A stretch of DNA of 64,000 nt from Eledone cirrhosa. Lineage: Eukaryota. The translations under genes were made by a program, and so were the position numbers. This document shows positions 25,792-39,627 of the stretch, piece by piece. The stretch spans positions 159,650,001 through 159,714,000 of the forward strand of contig OZ024740.1 of the NCBI GenBank assembly GCA_964016885.1, written 5' to 3'. The notes beneath the pieces are model-generated. The model saw only the letters and a list, made by a program, of their open reading frames with translations, did not search any database and was not told the DNA's origin. The first letter of the stretch is position 1. Every line of letters begins with the position of its first letter.

Positions 25792-28700
25792 ATCATCATC
25801 ATCATCATCGTTTAACGTCCATCTTCCACGCCTGCATGGGTTTGGACGGGAGTTTTCCCACTTGAGGCAAGATTTGTTGTCCTGCTCATATAGGACTGTC
25901 TGGCGGGTTTTCTATGGCTGGATGCCCTTCCTAACACCAACCACGTTTACAGTGTGGACTGGGAGGTTTTTACCGTGTTACCTACACGCCCACATTATAG
26001 CGTGAACTGTGTGTTTTTTTTTGTCATGACACCTACACAACCTCATTTGTTTCGGACGGGATGTTGTGGTACCAACATAACTTCACATTTAAGGGGGTGG
26101 TGTGGATGGGGTGGGGGTAGTGGGACGTTTATTTTGTTAGAGGTGCCTACTGACTGTAGGTTTTGCTTTGTACTTAGGTAAGGCGGGTCTTCCATATGAC
26201 TGTGTAGCGCCAAAGATCTCGGTCCAGTGACATTGTCTTGGAGAGGTGTAAGTGTGTGAGATCGGAATTTATCAAGTCGTACCAGGTTTTTCTGGGTTTG
26301 CCTACTCCGTGGCAACCGTCTATTTTTATCGCCCTGCCCTATTTTATACAGCTGTCATCTTTCATGCGCATCATGTGACCGTACCAACGTAGTCTTCTCT
26401 CGAGTAAACACCATCTGATCCCTCTTCCTAATTACTCCCTTAGTTCGTTTATGCTTTGCCGTTCACGTATATTACTATTACACATCCAGTGGAGCATGCA
26501 AGCTTCGTTTCTCTCCAGTCTGCGTACATCCTCTGCACACAATGCCCAGGTCTCACTGCCATGTAATATTGCTGTTCGTATGCAGGCATCTTACAGCCTG
26601 CCTTTCCTTTTTAGAGAGAACCCTTTAGCGGCCAATAGTGGTATAAATTTCTGAACTTTTTCCATTCCGTTCTGACTCTAGCTACTGTACTTTCAGAGCA
26701 CCCTCCCCCACTGCTGATTTTGTCACCCAGGTAATGGAAGGTGTCCACTATTTCTATAGAACCATCTGTGCAATGGAATGAGCTAGTATTCTGTGGGCAC
26801 TTGCTGCTACTTATTGCACCAGAGCACCGGCCACATATAAAATCTATATTCTTAGTTAGCTTACCTGTGATCCCACTACATCTTTTATGCACCCATACTT
26901 TGCATTTGGGACATAAAATGGAGTTTCTGTCACTTCCTTTCCTACACACTGAGCATGGCTATTTCCCAGATGGGACCGGTGCCCTATTTTCCTTCCTACA
27001 AACTAGAACTTTAGTCTTAGTCCATGCTTCCATGTTTGGAATTTCTTCTCTAGTTCAGCCATTGATTCAGCTATGAGCGTTAGATCATCTGCATATAGGA
27101 GTTCCCATGGGCAGCCGGTCTTGAACTCCTCTGTTATAGCCTGAAGGGCAATAATAAATAGTAGGGGCCTAAGAACGGAGCCCTGATGAACACCAACTTT
27201 TACGCTAAACTCTTCACTATATTCGTTGTTAATTCTAACCTTGCTGACTGTTTCTTTATACATGGCTTGTATAGCTCTCACAAGCCATTCATCAACACCT
27301 AGTTTTCTAAGTGCCCACCAGATAATGGAGCGGGGGACTCTGTCAAAGGCTTTCTCCAAGTCAACAAAAGCTAAGTATAGGGGTTTACTTTTAGCTAGGT
27401 ACTTCTCTTGTAGTTGTCGTACAATGAAAAGAGCGTCTGTAGTACTTTTACCTGACACAAACCCGAACTGCATTTCATCTAGATCAATTCGTTCTCTGAT
27501 TAGTTGCGCTATTACTTTTTCTGTGACCTTCATGACCTGGTCGATTAATTTAATGCCTCTATAGTTACCCCTATCAAGAGCATCTCCTTTACCCTTGTAG
27601 CAGTTAATGATGATGATGCTATGCCAGTCCTTCGGAACGGCCTCATTCTGTATGACTTGGTTTACTATCTAGGTGACCATAGTGTGTCCCACCGTTCCAG
27701 ATGCTTTCAGCATTTCAGCAACTATTTCCGAAGGTCCAGCTGCCTTACCCGTCTTCATATCTTTGATTGCCTTACTTATTATACTACCTTCAACTAGCAC
27801 TGCTGGTCCCTCTATTGGATCGATGTGGGGGAGACTGTCTTTCTCCCATTTATTCTCCTCATATAGTAGCCTTTCGTAGTGACACTTCCCAGCTACCTTC
27901 TTATCAGCATCAGTGATGGCAAGTACACCATCATCATTAAGGACACACTTCTCCCCGACAATATCACGGTTTTCCTTGACACATTGCCTAACAATCCTGA
28001 ACACCTCACGTTTTTGGTCCTCGCATTGTAGAACATGCTTGAACTTTCTTTCCTCTGCTTCCCTTCTTGCGAAGTACACTTGTCTCCTAGCTTCTCTCCT
28101 GGCCACTTGATAGTCTTCTCTACTTCCCCCATCCAGCAATACTTTCCAAGCCTGCTTTTTGGCCTTAATTGACTCCTCCACCTTACTATTCCACCACCAC
28201 GTTACTCTCCTCCTGCCTATAGTCCTGCTCCAGCCACAGACTTCATCTGCCGCCTTCAGCAGGTTAGCTTTCAGGAATTCCCACTGTTCCTCTATATTGT
28301 ACGACTCTAATTGCTCTTCCTTACTGTCGAAAGCATCAAGTAATATGCTTTTAAATTTATTACTGGCTGTGGGGTCCTTTAGCTTCCATATTTTTCTCCT
28401 GAGGATAGTCCTCCTCTGTTGTCGAGTACGTCTTGTCCTGACTATGAGTCTATGTTGGGAGGTGCATTCTTCATGGGGGAGGGATTTAGTGTTTACAACA
28501 GACACTCTATCACGTCTTCTGGTAAGGATATAATCTATCTGACTGGCGTGTTCCCCTGATCTATAGGTGATCAAGTGATTGTCTCGTTTTTTGAAGTTAG
28601 TGTTACAGATAGTTAGGTTATTTGCGTCGCAGAATTCCAGGATTCTGGAGCCTTCCTCATTTCTAGTACCAAACCCATAGCCTCCATGGATTCTGTCATA

Positions 28701-29855
28701 GCCATCACAATGTTGTCCAATGTGACCATTTAGGTCGCCAGCAATAATTATGTAGTCACTGTCAGTTATTTGGGAGGTAGTGAGCATCAATGTCTTTTAT
28801 AGCGCCAGGCAGTCCGGTTTGGGGTGCATATGCAGATATTACTGTCACAGTAGTTCTATTTAGGACAAGTCTTATTTTAATTATTCTGTCGTTCACTCTA
28901 TTTACGTCTATTATCTTATCTACCCAGTTTTCTGCTAACATGATTCCTACCCCACCCAGCCCAATTTCATTTCCCACCCAGAAAAGCTTATAGCATCGTT
29001 TTTTACCCACAATGAATCTAGCAGACCCACCCCTCCACCTAGTCTCTTGGATACAGCAAACATCAACCTCCTTACGTTCAAGCATTTCTACAACCTCGTT
29101 AGAGCGACCTTTTAAGGTGCCTACATTCATGGTACCAACTCTGAAGTTTTGGATTGCGTTTGGTGGGTGGGAACGGTGGGGCGCGGGGAGGGGTGAGGGG
29201 ATGGAGTTGGGGTTATGTTGGCCATCCGTGGCCGAAACTAAGAGGAGGAGTCCTTGTCTTTTTGTCCGGCAGCATGTGGTGAATTTGTCTTTATCTTTAG
29301 CATTGTCACTGAGTGTCCAGATTTTTCAGACTCTCCAGAATTCCATAGTCCATCCATCATATCGGCAAGCAACCAGAAGTGATAGCATAGGCCGCTAACT
29401 TATGATTGGTCCTAATAATAATGGTGGAGAGTGGGGCGGGTGGGAGGTGTATGGGGTAGTTTGCGAGAGGGTTTAAATGAAATCTTCGAATTTTGGGCAT
29501 AATTGGAGAAGCATATAACAGTAATAATAAGCGAATAATGGGGTTTTAAAATACAAGAAAATTATTTAGAAACAACCAGACAGAATTATAGAATAGCATT
29601 GAGAGAGAGCAAAAGATTGGATTCTGGCCGATGATACGGATATATGAATGAATGGACCGATAGGCTGGAGAGAGATAAGAAGAATGGCATTTACATTACA
29701 TTTCGCAGGGGACGACGAGGTCTGACCATTAATAAGCATTGACAAATTCTGAGATTCGTACCTCGTAACAGGTCTATTTATATTTGGTGAGAGAAGGGAG
29801 TGATTGAAAGGGTGAACTAGCTGGTGCGTAAAACGATATAGTGGGGGGGGGGGGT
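25792..29855 (-). mobile_element. Near full-length, frameshifted RTE LINE (subfamily C): APE, RT, PHD-type finger
   Basis: ORF fragments 28762-29130 (NVGT, CIQETRW), 27669-28790 (GDLN, SQH), 27003-27533 (YADD) and 26611-26949 (finger); (TCA)n at 25792. The 5' boundary beyond ~29400 is uncertain. Confidence 0.92.
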
Positions 29856-30355
29856 AAAGATTAAGAGGGACAATGAGGCCATTTTATAAATCCTAGAATT
29901 TTTATATATATATATATAAGAATGTAATCCAGCATTGACTTCTGATAATGCATAAACAATGTTAACCAAAATGACACAAAACTTGTCTTTGTGTCTATTT
30001 GTCCTGATTTATTTATTACACAATAAAGAAAACATTTGTAGTCATTCATTAAGAATGAACATGGAAATACAGAATCAAGAAACAACAAATCATGCACTAG
30101 CACGTGTATTAAAGCATATTCAAGAATTCTCATGCACGTTCCCACACAATAAACAATTCTTGTCAATATTTCTTTCATAAATAAAGCAATGGAATATAAT
30201 AAAAATATGATTCAGATCTTTTAATGGGTTCCCCTCTACAGTTTTGTTGATCATATGAATCCAAATATTTATTTCAATCTTGTACTTATTATATTGATCA
30301 CTATATTATTGGACAAAAACTAGAACACAGACATCTACGTGTGTGTGTGTGTGTC

Positions 30356-30398
<43 letters not shown>

Positions 30399-30400
30399 AA

Positions 30401-30505
30401 TATAGAAATGTCTTCTACAGGACTAGAGGTGGTTCATTTGAAGGAAATTTCCTGATTATTTCCTTCTAATGAAACAGTTTTAGTCCTGTAGAAGCCATTT
30501 CTATA
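30401..30505. repeat. ~105-bp palindromic element (right arm also at 4132-4180)
   Basis: TATAGAAATGTCTTCTACAGGACTA ... TAGTCCTGTAGAAGCCATTTCTATA. Confidence 0.75.
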
Positions 30506-30574
30506 ATAAATATTTATACTCTGCTATGTATTGAGTACCTTATTTACTGTGGTTACCTCCAATGAACCGGCACA

Positions 30575-31308
30575 CACACCACTGATGCCCTTTTCATTGT
30601 GAAACAACTACAGGAGAAGAACCTTGCTAAAAGTAAGCCCCTCAACTTGGCATTTGTTGAACCTAAAGAAAGCATTTGACAGAGTCCCTGTTCCATATTC
30701 TGGCAGGTCCTTAGAAAATTAGGGTAGATGGATGGCTTCTGAGGGCAGTACAAGCCATGTACAGAGAAGCAGTCAGCAAGGTAATAATTAACAATGATTA
30801 TAGAGTGGAATTTAGCATGCAAGTATGGTCCACCAGGGCTCTGTTCTTAGCCTTCTCTTGTTTATCCTCATCCTGTATACTATAATTAAAGTCTGGCTGC
30901 CCATGGGAACTCCTATATGCAAATGATTTAAACCACATAGTTGAATCTATGGCAGAATTAGAGAAAAAATCCAAACCAGGAAGCATAGCCTGAAAGCAAA
31001 ATGTCTTAAAGTTAACTTGGCAAAAACTAAGGTCCTAGTAAGTAGAAAGGAAAACAGAGCCAGTGCACATGAAAGGAGTGGGTAGGAATTCCATTCTATG
31101 TCCCAATGCAAAATATGAATACACAAGAGATATAGTTGGATGTCAGGCAGGCTATCAAAAAACGTAGCCTTTATATGTGGTAAATGCACAGATGTAAACA
31201 GCAAGAGCTCATAAGAAACAAGCTCTATTAAAAGCACGGAGGGCTCTGTTGAAGTAGTCGATAGCTTCTGTTACCTGGGTGACCAAATTAACAATGAGAA
31301 TGGGTGTT
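30575..31308 (+). pseudogene. Highly degenerate RTE RT fragment
   Basis: TDALFIVKQLQEKNLAKSKPL.LAFV, GCPWELLYANDL and VEVVDSFCYLGD readable across frameshifts. Confidence 0.85.
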
Positions 31309-31309
31309 T

Positions 31310-31500
31310 TCCAACCATCTTGCTTAGGGTCTACCCCTGGGTCTCTTGTCAGTTGGTTTTTGCATGTAAAATCTATCAAGCGATTCTTTTCTGAGACATT
31401 ATAACCACATGTCCATAGTATCAGAGCTGTGATCTCTCATTTTGAAGAAATAACAGCTCTACCTGGAGTGACTTTCTGATCTCTGAGCTATGCATCCCCA
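31310..31500 (-). mobile_element. Expander-like RTE 3' fragment
   Basis: Reverse complement of ~695-880. Confidence 0.75.
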
Positions 31501-31970
31501 ATTTTTCAATGATGCCCACTCAGATTTAGAAAACTGAGTTTAAAAAATAAATGTTCTGAAATACATTCCTTAGATTAGCATGCCTACCAGAATATTCTGA
31601 AAACATCCAACCCCATTCCAAGCAATGAATCCTTGCAGTAGAACTGCAGTGTGGGACTGATAAATTAAATTAAATATACTATGGGGTTGATTTCATATTA
31701 TTACTATAAAAGATGTGAATGGAATTATAACAAATTATTCATCAACATTGTTGTTCTTTTTTCTCCTTTTCTAGCCACAAATTCTGTAAAATCTTCTTTT
31801 TATTCCCCCCCCCCTCCACCACCAACAACAACAGCTATACCAATAAAACCACTATCATAACAACAATTACCAACAACAAAATCAACAGCAGCAGCAACAC
31901 CACCACCACCACTAGCACCACCACTACTACTACCACTGATAACATCAATAACACCACCACCAACAACACC

Positions 31971-32002
<32 letters not shown>

Positions 32003-33601
32003 AAACACTGATATCTGCCAAATCTTCAAAGCGAACAGCAATTTGATTATTTACATTTTAGATTACAATTATTGTATGTAGCAGAAGTAGCTGTAGCAGT
32101 AGTATAGTGGTGGTGGAGGCAGGGTGGGGGTTTTCAGCCTTTTTCTTACTTTTTTCTTCTGTTTTCTTTGCTTCTGTAAGTATTTATTTTAGTAGTTCAT
32201 TGTAGTTGTGGCTGCTGTTGTTGTTGTTGCTTTTGTTGTTATAGCTTTCTACATTTTAGTTTACTTTGTTGTTATTGTAGTTTTTGTTAATGCTGTTGTT
32301 TCACCCCAGTTCAAACTCTGACTGAATGAGCAAAACTACAATCAAAGGGATTTCAAGCATGACTATCATGCCTCTTTAGTGGATATCAGGAACTACCTTA
32401 TCCATTGTGTCCTTTTCCTAGATGATAGGTAAGATCTGATTTGAGGCAAAATTTGGCTGCTATTTCTAGCAGCTGGGTGCTCTCTCTCACTCTTATTATT
32501 GATAATATTGTTATTGCTCCTATATCTTTTGTTGTTGTTGATGTGAATATTGGAACAGGTGTATAGTATATTCTATATAATATATTCTAGTATTTTTCTG
32601 GATCAATCATTGGACCGTGTCCCAGCAGGGACACTATCTTTAAAAAATGTTATTCTCTCATATCAACACCAGTGCATACTTCATTCTGGGATTTATTTGA
32701 TCAATTTCTATTTGTTGAGTCTCTAGCCTATGTGACATAAAGGGATACACTATGACACCAGTTTTTAGGCCCAGTAAATATTGAATACAGGCATTTATGT
32801 TTGTAGGTGTGTATATATGTTTTGACAAGTGACTTGAATAATGTTGGATGACACCAGGAAGGATTCTACTCTGTGCATGGAGATTATGGATCCGGGTGAG
32901 AAATGAAAAATGTTCAAGACTCTTGGAGTTCTGTGATGTAAATAACTTGACAATATGTAACACAAACTTTAGGAAACCAATCAGAGAAAAGAGACGTTAA
33001 ATGCTGCTACTGATATATATATTACCCAACAATTTAGCTGTAGATATGAATTGCAATGTCACTGGTGCCAAGCTGTATCAGCATTTACCTTTCCCTTGGA
33101 TAACATCTGTGGCATGGAGAGCGTGGAGAGAGGAGACTGGTATGCATGTGTGGCTGCTGGTCTTCCACAAACAATCTTGCTTGGACTTGTGCCTTGGAAG
33201 GGAACCTCTTAGGTGCAAATCCCATGGTCATTCGTCACAGAAGAGGGTCTCTTTTACCCAACACTTGAACAGAGTACCATTGTTTTATCATGTTAATCAT
33301 ATCTTAATTAGAGTTAAAAGCTTACCATGACTGAAAACATGATTCCTCAAATCCAACAGACTTTCAATATCTCTGTTCAGTTACATTACCTGAATGAGTG
33401 TGTAATATCATTATGAAGTAAATTTACAGTTTTTCAATAGATTGTTGCATGTAACATTAGAAACCCCACCTCCAGCTACACACACACACATATATTCTGC
33501 TTTCTATTTTTACCTTATCCATAACAGACTATATTTTTCAGTATGGTGAGGATTCATTGATTTAACAATTTTGGAAGCAAATACATGTACACAGACATAC
33601 A

Positions 33602-33927
33602 CAGGGTTGGATTTAGACCTTGGGGTGGGAGCACTTCATGTTTTTGCGGGCTCTCATAAACAAAAGAAATTAGAATACACAGCACCCCCTCCCCCAATTT
33701 TACATATCAAAGTTAGCTTGGCGCAAGTAATTGGAATTGATTTTTATATATACAGCTATTAAATTCAAAAATTCTAACCATCGTAAAACTAAAAACCCAA
33801 CTGAGGGCACATATAAATTGCTTCGGCTGTCGCTAATGAGCCCCCCCCCCCCCCCCCCCCACTGCCACACACACTGAAGGGTGCCCAGACCCATTGCCCT
33901 ATTTGCTCCCCATTAAATCTGGCCCTG
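33602..33927. mobile_element. MITE with 14-bp imperfect TIRs, superfamily unassigned
   Basis: CAGGGTTGGATTTA ... TAAATCTGGCCCTG. Confidence 0.6.
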
Positions 33928-34599
33928 GACACACTCACACTCACATATTCACATATACAAACAACGGGATTCCACAGAGTTTCCATTTGTCAAATTCACT
34001 CACAAGCTATTGATTGATCAACTCAAGACTATAGCAGAAACACTTGCTCAAAGTTATACTTGGCATGACTGCACCTGAAAACCACATACTCTAGAAGCAA
34101 ACTTCTAAACAACACATCCCTATTTTATTCTATGCTTTACCTTCTAACAATATAATCAGCATTATATATATAGTCATTATTATTTTCTTTTTTCTCATCT
34201 TTTATTCAATCATCTTTTTAATCCAATTATTTCTTTAAAAACTATTTGACGAATATATTTTTGTTATTTGGCTTCTTTTTTATCTTTCTTTTCTACATAT
34301 TCCCTATTTAATGTTTTCTTTCTTTATTCATATTTAATGTAATTTACAAGCTAGTTGCTTATTTCTTAATGAATTGATGCTTTTACTTAATTAATTCAAA
34401 CAATGTCGCTTCTTGAAGATTTTCATTGAGATTACAGAGTGAGTGTAAGGAATGAAAAGGAAAAGAAAACAAAGACAAAATTTAGATTCACTGGTTTGAT
34501 AATTCTGCAAATTGTGATACGCTGTATGGTTCGTTGCATACAGTATTTTATCAACTCATTCTACTATGATGATCTTCTCAAGTGCTATTCGTTACTTAA

Positions 34600-35310
34600 C
34601 ACTCAAATTAAATGGAAGTTCTCTTTTACTCCAATCAGTCCCAAGAGAGTTGTCAATTACCCTTGGTTTTTCAGGCATGAAATTAAATCAGATCTAATCT
34701 CTCCTTAGCTCCGATGACTCCCGAGAGAGTCAAGGATGAGATCTGATTTTCTACATCATATCAAAAGTCATTTTAGCTCCATTGAGTCCCAAGAGAGTCA
34801 GAGATTCACTCTGGGTTTTTAGGCACAAAATGAAATAATATGAAAGATATCTTTTCCCCCAATGAATCCTATAACAGTAAGAGAATTAGCACTGGTTTTC
34901 CCCACATAAATCAAATTAAATCAGATGTCTCTTAAGCTTCAATAAATCCCAAGACAGTCAGAGAATTAGTGCAAGTCCCCACCCATAAACCAAATTTAAT
35001 TAAAGGTTTCTTAAGCTCCAATAAATCTCAAGACGGGAAATTAGCATTAATTCTCAAAGTATTAAAACAAATCAGATCAAATGTCTCTTTAGTTTCAATT
35101 GATACCAAGAGAGTCATAGCATTAGCACACTTTTTCTAGGCATTATTCAAATCAAGTGAAAAGTCTCCTTCACTTCAATGTATCCTACGAGGGTAAAGGT
35201 TTAGCTTTGGTTTACACACCTGAAGTGAAATTAAATCAAATGTCTTATTAGCTCCAGTGTGACCCCAAAGATTTAGGGATTAGACCTGTTTTTTAAGATG
35301 TGAAATAAAA
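34600..35310. repeat. Diverged ~79-bp tandem repeat, about 9 copies
   Basis: TTAGCTCCAAT.A.TCCCAAGAGAGTCAG..ATTAGC...AAATTAAATCAGATGTCTC-like units near 34625, 34705, 34773, 34852, 34932, 35011, 35089, 35169 and 35248. Confidence 0.8.
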
Positions 35311-36859
35311 AAGAAATATATTCTAGAATGGAGCAGATGATCCCTTATTGCCAGTAACTCTCCCAAATGTTCTAGTATCAATTCTCAACAGTTCAATGAA
35401 TTGAAGAAATATAAAATAGAGAATTCAGCTCCAGAAAATATATCAAATGCTTCCACTAAAATTGGGCTAAAACCTTTTTTTTTTATGAGTGAAACTGAGT
35501 AGAAAAAAAAGCCTGTCAGATAGACTGTTCCTATAATTCAAAGGACCAGTCTTGTCGCACACTGTCATGCTGAATTTTCTTAGAATTACATTAAGTGTAT
35601 ACGTGTCTGTGAAATGCTCAGCCACTTTCATATTAATTTCATGAGCAGGCCATTCCATTGGTTGGACTGCTGCATCACTCGTCATCAAAACTGCAAAAAG
35701 TTTGTTCCATTTATCAATTCTGAAAGGATGAAAAGGGAAGTTGATCTCTGGAGGACTTCAATTCATAATACAAAGATCACGAACAACTATTGCAACACAT
35801 TTTCTCTATGCTCTGATGATTCTGTCAACTGACTGCCATAAAAGTAAATATTCTAAACCATTAATAAATATATCATGTGGTGAACCTCTGTCAATTTTGA
35901 TAAGAAACCAGTTATCTAAACACTGGATCAGCTTTCTTGTGAAATTGACATGCAAGTGGCTGAGCTTTCAACAAACATGTGCATCCTTAATGTAGTTCTG
36001 AGAGAAATTCTGCATGAAACATGTAATAAGGCAAGTCCTTTGTATTACCGATGCAACTCATTTTTGACAGTTGAGTGGACTAGAGCAATATGTGAATTGA
36101 ACTCAAAACTTCATAATCATGAGCTCAACACCTTAACCACTAAGCCATATGCTTAAAAAAAACTAAATATTACTCATTAACTTTATTTTTAAAAAATATA
36201 ATTCAAACTCAAATATACTTAAATAATTGAGACTCAAATATATTTAAATCAACATTTCTGATTGTTGGACTTGAAGAGGTGAACTGTTCTGTATGTATGG
36301 ACTCATAAATACTCTTGGAGTTATAGGGGCACACTGTAGTGACATACATCTTGGGCATTTTAAACCTGGTAGAGCCCATCTCCTCTCTATGTTTATGAGG
36401 CAGTTAGAAAGAGGTCGAGAGAAAACATTGATCCAAGTACTGGAATGGTTTTTGTTTTATCCATCTTCAAAAGATGAAAAGTAAAGTTGGCCTTGGTGGG
36501 ACTTGAACTCAAAGAGCACAGAGAGTCAGAACAAGTACCACAAAGCGTTCTATCCAGTTTTCTAATGACCCAACCAATTCCCCAACTAGAAGTTTTTGTG
36601 TATTTCCTCAATATTTATATATTTTATTCTATCTTAATATTTTGAACAGAAAATATAGTTATTGTTCACATACCACATATGATCTGATACAGTTTGGATG
36701 TCCATTTGTTGAATTATGTAATTATCATTGTTTTCGTGTCAGCTTTTCCATGCTGGTATGAATTAAGAGGGGCATTTTGTAGCAAATTTTTACCATTAAA
36801 TGCTCTTCCTGACATCGACCATTTTAATTCTCTCTCACAAAATGCAAGGATAAAGTAAC

Positions 36860-37198
36860 ATCATCATTTAACATCTATTTTCCATGCTAGTTGCGATGAG
36901 GCAAGTTGGGTCAGGTGACCTTGTCTTGCTCATACAGAACTGTTCTGGCTTGGTTTCTACAGCTGGATTCCCTTCCGAACACCATCCACATTTACAGTGA
37001 ATGGTGGGTGGTTTTTGTCATGACACCTACACAACCATTTTATAGTGTGGTCTGTGTGCTTTTTGTTGTGATGCCTACACAGCCACTGTATAGTATGGGA
37101 TGGGTGCTTTTTGTCATGATACCAACACAACCACTTTACAGTGTGGGCTGGTCGTTTTTTGTCGTGGCACCAAAACAACTACTTTAGAGTATGGACTG
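36860..37198 (-). mobile_element. RTE 3' UTR fragment with 4-5 tandem ~48-bp units
   Basis: CCACTTTACAGTGTGGGCTGG..GCTTTTTGTC units near 37036, 37083, 37131 and 37179. Confidence 0.8.
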
Positions 37199-37459
37199 GG
37201 GAATGGTAGTAAAGGTGTTGGAGAAAGTATATTCATCAAAATTAAAAAATAAAGACATACTTTTTACTTGGTTTTAGAAATGCTTCTTTTTATTTAGTAT
37301 ACATAATTCATTCCTAATCAGGTATGAAACTCATTATCTGATCATTGTAAGTTTCAACACGGTATGTTTACACGGTAAACATTTAGGAAGCCGTCGCTAT
37401 GCAAAAAAAACACCAGGGCTAAAGCCCTTTGGTGGCGTCCAGCAGAAGCAAGGGGGACA

Positions 37460-37503
37460 ATCGTCGATACATTTCAGACTTAACTGGTCTTCATCAGGAC
37501 GAT
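37460..37503 (-). ncRNA. Minimal type I hammerhead ribozyme motif
   Basis: Minus strand ATCGTC-CTGATGA-AGAC CAGTTAA GTCT-GAAAT-GT-ATC-GACGAT. Perfect 6-bp stem I, 4-bp stem II, AUC cleavage triplet. Confidence 0.85.
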
Positions 37504-37808
37504 CCCTCCCATGCTTGCAACTGCTGGACTTAAAAACGGTCGAGAATATATTGTTTTTTCGTCTGTGTAAATGAGGTGATTAATCTCACTTGCATATGAG
37601 GCTGGATAAGTTGACTCAACTTATAATATAATAGAAATAGAATTCAGCTTCAAGCATAGCTGTATACACTTATGTATAGATATTTCGTATTTCTAAAGAA
37701 ACACGGTATGTTTACAGGGTAATCTTTTCCGAAGCCTCAATGTTTTTTGCATAGCTATGGCTCCCTAAAACCTATTTCTATTATATAAATATATATATAT
37801 ATATATAT

Positions 37809-38843
37809 ACTAGCAGCAGGACCCGGTGTTGCACGGGGTAGGAAACGTGAAATAGCAACAAGAATATGCAAAGATTGAGGAATGTAGCTGTGTACTTTTT
37901 GAATTCCCTTATTCTCAGGGAATGATTGTTCATTTACTGGAAACGTAGAACACCAGCAGGCCCGAATTGTAAAACATCTGCATGCATGTGCAAAATCTGA
38001 AGAAAATCAGCAGGATACTCTTTAAGCGTACTAAATCTTTGAGTATGATTTTTCTTCCATTTGGAGAAAATTGGTGAGCTACTTTTCGAGTTTTATAGAT
38101 TCGCACCCAGTCATCCGGACGGACATCATGAATTATGTCTATTGCATGCATACTATACAGAGTAAAGCCGGCAATGTTTGAGTAAGACATGTCATGCAAC
38201 CGCACAGCATGTTGGGCCTTCCCCGCAGGAGACCATAGCCTCTTCGTAAATCTACCCAATCTGATATAGACCGAACTGTTATATCAGATGCCGAACGCTT
38301 CGTAGTTACTATTGGGGTCACCATCAACAGGGCGCCGACAAACATTTTAAGGTCCTCCTCATTTCCTTAATCCTCCGAAAATGGTCCTGCTTAAAAGTAA
38401 GTAAGTGTTGTGTCCTCTGTTAAATAAACCAAATTTTTAACGAAATATTATACGCTACTTACAATATTTAAGTAGCGTTTATATTAACAATGAAAATGGC
38501 ATGTAATGCCCAATGCTAATTCGTAACTTTCCTAGAAACCATTAATGGAATCGGACATTTTTTTGTCCACAGCAATGGTAGGGGACTAATGTGAGCTGCA
38601 AATTTTGAGGAAATCGGTTATATTATCTTTAAGTTACGCCTCAAAAAAGCTTAAAAATGCCTTTAAAATGCGGTTTTTCGACTAATATGGGCTCTAGCGC
38701 AGAAAAAGTTAAAATTTTTGAGCCCATTGCACTTCAAGAAATATAAGTAATGCATGTGTAAAGTTTGAAAAAAATAGGTCAGGTACTTCTCGAGTTTTAA
38801 GGATTCACAGACAGACAGACATCCTCTGTTTTATATATATAGA
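37809..38843 (-). mobile_element. Non-autonomous Helitron
   Basis: Minus-strand 5' end TCTATATATATAAAACAGAGGATGTCTGTC; 3' hairpin ACCCGGTGTTGCACGGGGT followed by CTAG. Confidence 0.8.
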
Positions 38844-39396
38844 CTAGCAGAAAACCACCCGGTGGGCGGTTTTCTGCTAGCAAATCTAGTGTATATACTG
38901 ATATTGTTGAGATTTGGATGAGAAATGTTTTCGGCACCACATGTTCACCGTCTCTCGGTGTGTCTTTTATGCATGTATAAATATATATGTTATCTATACG
39001 GTGAAATCTTTGAAATAAATATATGTTAAAACGAAAAAGGAGAAAAAGAGATTAGTGACGGAAATATAAACGTTATGATACATAAACGTTATGATATAAC
39101 GATGGAAATATATCTTCAAATGGTCCTTGGCATGGTGTCAAGTCAGAACCGCCTTGAACTGGTTACTTCTGGCTTGTGCAAGGTGTCTCTATAGGAACCA
39201 GCGATTCCCTCAGCCTCAGTGACCAAAGTCAGTGGAGAGGGGAAGGTAATGTTTCTATAGCGACAGTGTTTCTCTTGGTAGTACCAAAGAGGAGAAAGGA
39301 ATGGGAAGGTAATATTTCTGTAGCACCTACATTTGAGTTTTAGGGAAGAGCAGACAGACAGACAGACAGACAAACAGAGAAATGCCCATATATTTC

Positions 39397-39427
<31 letters not shown>

Positions 39428-39627
39428 TACACACACAGAAATGTATATATATTTCTGTGTGTATATATATATATTACACACACAGAAATGTATATATATT
39501 TCTTAGAACAAAATTATTATTAATGTTTTGCTGTTCATAACAATTGGAATTGAAAAATTACTTTTGAAATTATTAGTTATTTTACTAATGCTTAGATATG
39601 TAAAAATGAAGCAATGTTTCTTATATT

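Noticed and set aside
31800-32300. Gly/Val-rich ORFs
   Set aside because: (CAC)n/(CAA)n/(GTT)n trinucleotide low-complexity sequence.
37930-38345. 109-aa and 68-aa ORFs inside a Helitron as a captured gene
   Set aside because: No recognisable domain, and part of the segment resembles a nested Helitron end.
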